A DNA stretch of 59,680 nt, taken from Bacteroidales bacterium. GTDB taxonomy: Bacteria > Bacteroidota > Bacteroidia > Bacteroidales > UBA7960. The notes under the pieces are model-generated. The model was not told the origin of the DNA and did no database searches. It saw only the letters and a list, made by a program, of their open reading frames with translations. A program made the translations under genes and the position numbers. Shown here one piece after another: positions 58,418-59,680 of the stretch (positions are counted from its first letter, which is position 1; each line of letters opens with the position of its first letter). The stretch is taken from the NCBI GenBank assembly GCA_007131245.1, contig SLQX01000021.1, positions 1 through 59,680 on the forward strand, given 5' to 3'.

Positions 58418-59680
58418 CATCAATATTCTTTTTAGAGCTTGAAACATAGGAATAAATGGCCGGTACAATAAAAAGGGTAAGAAATGTTGCTATCAGGAGT
58501 CCGCCAATAACAGCAACCCCCATAGCAATCCGGCCTTGTGCACCTTCACCCATGCCCAGTGTTAAGGGCAGCACACCCAAGATGGTGGAAAGGCTTGTCA
58601 TCAATATAGGCCTGAAACGGGCTGAAGCAGCATACTTTATGGCTTCAAGTTTTTCCATACCCTTTTGTTTGCGTTGATTGGCAAATTCTACCATCAAAAT
58701 ACCGTTTTTTGATACCAGTCCGATGAGCATAATAATACCAATCTGGCTGAAAATATTCATGGAGATATCAAAATACCACATAAAAAACAGGGCGCCAGTA
58801 AGTGCAAGGGGAACAGTCATCATCACGATGAGCGGATCGCGGAAGCTTTCGAACTGGGCAGACAAAACCAGGAAGATCAGCACCAGGGCCAGTAAGAACG
58901 CAAATACAAGGCTGGTGGCGCTCTCTTCAAAATCCCTGGAGTCACCTGCCAGTGCGGTCCTGAAAGTTTCATCCAGCACTTCATCGGAAATACGGTTCAT
59001 TTCTTCAATTCCATCACCAATGGTATAGCCCGGGGCAAGACCCGAAGACACCGTTGCCGATACAAATCGATTGTAACGATAAAGCTGTGGTGGTGCTGTT
59101 TGCTCCTGCAGTGAAACAAGGTTGTCCAATTGAATCATATCCCCATCGTTATTTCTCACATACAGAGACTTCAAATCAAGCGGTTTGTTTCGGTTTTCCC
59201 TGGCCAGCTCACCCAGAATTTGGTATTGCTTACCATGCATAAAGAAATAGCCAAATCGCTGCCCGGAAAGGGCCAGTTGCATGGTCTGACCAATATTTTG
59301 TGTTGAAACCCCCATTAGATTGGCTTTATCGCGATTTATAGCCACCTGCAGCTCAGGCCTGGTAAAGCGGAGGTTGACGTTGGCCATTTGCAGCACAGCA
59401 CTTTCATCCACCCTTTCCATGAAGCCAGGAAGAACTTCCCTGAGCCGATCGATGCTCTGAGCTTGCAAAACGTACTGCACAGGCATCCCTGAGCGCCTTC
59501 CGCCAAAAGTTGATTGTTGACTTACAAAAGCGCGGGCTTTTGTCATGGTTCTTACCCGGGCAGTAAGCTGATCAGCTATTTCCTGCTGGCTGCGTTCACG
59601 ATCGGAGGGAGGTACTAGTATTACCCGTACATTGGCCCAGGAACCAAAAACCATATAAATCACCCCTTCTATTTCGGGTA
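58392..59680 (-). CDS. RND efflux transporter permease (AcrB family), C-terminal ~429 aa. The N-terminus lies outside the window.
   Basis: The frame is open to the window edge (PEIEGVIYMVFGSW...). The porter subdomain is followed by TM8-12 (SLVFAFLLALVLIFLVLSAQFESFRDPLIVMMTVPL). Confidence 0.9.
   Translation of the reverse strand, partial: PEIEGVIYMVFGSWANVRVILVPPSDRERSQQEIADQLTARVRTMTKARAFVSQQSTFGGRRSGMPVQYVLQAQSIDRLREVLPGFMERVDESAVLQMANVNLRFTRPELQVAINRDKANLMGVSTQNIGQTMQLALSGQRFGYFFMHGKQYQILGELARENRNKPLDLKSLYVRNNDGDMIQLDNLVSLQEQTAPPQLYRYNRFVSATVSSGLAPGYTIGDGIEEMNRISDEVLDETFRTALAGDSRDFEESATSLVFAFLLALVLIFLVLSAQFESFRDPLIVMMTVPLALTGALFFMWYFDISMNIFSQIGIIMLIGLVSKNGILMVEFANQRKQKGMEKLEAIKYAASARFRPILMTSLSTILGVLPLTLGMGEGAQGRIAMGVAVIGGLLIATFLTLFIVPAIYSYVSSSKKNIDDEQIEVAA

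Noticed and set aside
58392-58420. 26-29 nt overlap between the RND permease stop and the TolC-family start
   Set aside because: This is real but ordinary, because overlapping junctions are common in efflux operons. It is not a frameshift or a fusion.

Overview
This 59.7-kb window looks like ordinary core chromosome of an anaerobic member of the Bacteroidota. That placement is inferred from several features:
- a fused SecDF
- a TPR/beta-propeller/OmpA envelope protein
- TAnnTTTG-type -7 boxes
- A-rich regions instead of Shine-Dalgarno sequences
- a 2-oxoacid:ferredoxin oxidoreductase operon
- [FeFe]-hydrogenase maturases

I support about 45 protein genes:
- Housekeeping: pyrF (partial), prfA, a purM-type gene, tatA, secDF, a korDABC-like operon, sanA, tcdA, glgB, ettA and a photolyase.
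- Hydrogenase-related: an aspartase-like lyase, then hydF, hydE and a pyridoxal kinase.
- Methionine: metY-hom-metF-metH behind a SAM-I riboswitch.
- Signalling: a sigma-54 response regulator with a CHASE3-like hybrid kinase; a YfiR(DUF4154)-led block with two paralogous Cache/4HB-HAMP-GAF-PAS sensors that have no output domain; an AcoR-type sigma-54 activator.
- Other: rex-rtcB, and the end of an RND/TolC efflux operon.

I found no rRNA, tRNA, CRISPR array, transposase or integrase.

The most interesting signals are non-coding or sit below the 60-aa ORF cutoff:
- A CTGTCAT operator-like array, a -24/-12-like element and a textbook intrinsic terminator together define a ~190-nt structured RNA next to the AcoR-type activator and upstream of rex-rtcB.
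- A 715-bp ORF-free region carries an orphan terminator.
- An exact 10-mer recurs in two regulatory regions.
- A 59-aa winged-helix sORF is missed by the ORF track.
- The leader between the SAM riboswitch and metY is unusually long.

None of this is proven. All functional calls come from motif and family recognition by eye, not from searches.
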